DNA from: Eledone cirrhosa
Taxonomy: Eukaryota
Assembly: GCA_964016885.1 (NCBI GenBank)
Contig: OZ024740.1
Coordinates: 147,374,001-147,438,000, forward strand
Length of the DNA: 64,000 bases
Direction of reading: 5' to 3'
Position numbers and translations under genes: made by a program. The notes beneath the pieces are model-generated. The model saw nothing but the letters and a program-made list of their open reading frames with translations. It was not told the origin of the DNA and did no database searches. Below are positions 62,225-64,000 of this stretch, piece after piece. Position 1 is the stretch's first letter, and every line of letters starts with the position of its first letter.

Positions 62225-63003
62225 TCCGAGAAGACTACGTTGGTATGGTCACGTGATGCACATGAAAGACGACAGTTGCATAAAAAAGTGCAAGGCGATC
62301 AAAATTGATGGTAGTTACGGAGTAGGTAGACCCAGAAAAACCTGGGATGATCTGATAAATTCCGACCTTACACACATCTCTCTAAGACAATGTCTCTGGA
62401 CCGAGATCTTTGGCGCTATGCAGTAATACAGAAGACTTGCCTTGCCTATGTACAAAGCGAAACCTAGTCAGTAGGCACCTCTTAACCAAATATACACCCC
62501 AATCCACTACCCTATCCTCCCACCAACAGCATGAGATAATGAGATCGAGATCGTGTAGGTGTCACGACAAAAAACACACACAGTCCATGCTGTAATGTGG
62601 CCGTGTAGGTAACACGGTAAAAAGTTCCCAGTTCTACACTGTAAAGTTAGACAGGAGTTGTCCCACTTGAGGCAAGGTTGGTCGGGTGACCGTGTCTCGC
62701 TCAGGACTATCTGGCAGGTTTTCTACGGCTGGATGCCCTTCCTAACACCAACCACATTTACAGTGTGGATCTGGGAACTTTTTACCGTGTTACCTACACG
62801 GCCACATTACAGCGTGGACTGTGTGTGTTTTTTGTCGTGACACCTACACGATCTCGATCTCATTAGGAAGGGCATCCAGCCGTAGAAAACCTGCCAGATA
62901 GTCCTGAGCGAGACACGGTCACCCAACCAGCCTTGCCTCAATTGGGACAACTCCCGTCTAACCCATGCTAGCGTGGAAAATGGACGTTAAACGATGATGA
63001 TGA
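62225..63003 (+). mobile_element. RTE 3' fragment in the RFC3 intron with an internal inverted duplication
   Basis: RRLRWYGHVMHMKDDSC..GRPRKTWD homologous to 58111-58320; about 62650-62862 inverted; ends in (GAT)n. Confidence 0.85.
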
Positions 63004-64000
63004 TCCATTTTTCCATGAATGTATGGTTGGGATGGCATAGCCTATTCAGGTAGGTCAATCAACACAGAATAATCCTGGGTAATTGTTGGCTTTGTGCCAA
63101 AAGTAGAAACAATTATCAAAAAATGAGATGACAAACTAGTAATCCATGTGTACTTAATCAGGCTATGTAATTAGATCCACAAGTGCCATGTTGGCAAAAT
63201 TTAAAAGTCAGTGTTCTCATCCTAAGTCGTTAAAAAGGTACCTGTGGATCTATTTTCACAGCAGGACTAAATATATATGAATTACATGTCTAAATCATCA
63301 TCATATTTTTCATGATGATGGCGATGGTCAAACATTTCCATTCAACTCAAATCCTTATATCAGGGTTAATGGTAAGAAGCATTGTTTCTCATTCACCCAA
63401 ACAGACCATTTGCTAGTTTGTTGAAATTCTGCTTCTATTGTATCTTCATTGCATAGTTCTTAAACTTACCTTCTGTAAAATATCAATTTGTCCCTCATTC
63501 TCTCCAACATTCTTTTCACTAACAAATTTATTTCCCCTGCCACCATACAATCTGTTCAAATATCTTTTCTCATTGTTTTTTTTTTTAATGTTTTACTTTC
63601 TGTATCCCCTTTGTTTCTTTATTTTCCATTTTCTCTCCTTTCATGTCTCTTCTTCTGCTAGCTAGCTTTCCAGAATATTTTTTTATTAAAAAAAAAAAAA
63701 AAAAAAAAAATCTTTATGAAGCTATCTAAGAGCTAGGTCACTACAAAATGTAAATGGCTAAGACACTTGTCACAACACAATTTACACAGTTACTAAGTAC
63801 AAAATCTCTTATTGCTTTAACCCCAAAAGGTAATTAATCCCTTCCATTATCCTCAAATATTACACTGCAGGGCTAGCTTCTATCTGAAGTAAACACTCCA
63901 AGCCTTTTCTTTCAAATGAGAACTATCCCCATCAATAAAAACATACATGATAATATCTATTCTCCCCCCAGTAACACAGACACAAAACGTTCTCATATGA

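Noticed and set aside
63300-63500. Candidate upstream RFC3 exon
   Set aside because: No RFC3-like peptide; it looks like decayed RTE sequence.

Overview
AT-rich, microsatellite-dense animal genomic DNA. The tRNA-derived SINEs, RTE LINEs and long (TA)n/(CA)n tracts suggest a cephalopod such as Octopus, but this is inference. Host genes are the last two coding exons of RFC3 (minus strand, 61209-61933) and an intronless 669-aa ORF with a 32-aa tandem repeat and a divergent CNOT2-type NOT box (49093-51102). About 9.2-47.5 kb is a cluster of insertions in (TA)n tracts. It holds several families of 5'-truncated Penelope-like elements (PLEs; RT + GIY-YIG) with inverted 3' repeats carrying type I hammerhead ribozymes (HHRs). 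It also holds three non-coding tandem arrays (310, 422 and about 489 bp units) with one HHR per unit, i.e. retrozyme-like arrays. The arrays share the head-to-head inverted architecture and (TA)n flanks of the neighbouring PLEs, suggesting a ribozyme-RNA parasite mobilised by PLEs. About 30 HHR motifs were found by eye, including non-canonical UUGAAAA (U3-A8) cores. Relics of RTE, CRE-like, R4-like, Ingi/Vingi-like and mariner elements are also present. All alignments and folds were done by eye.
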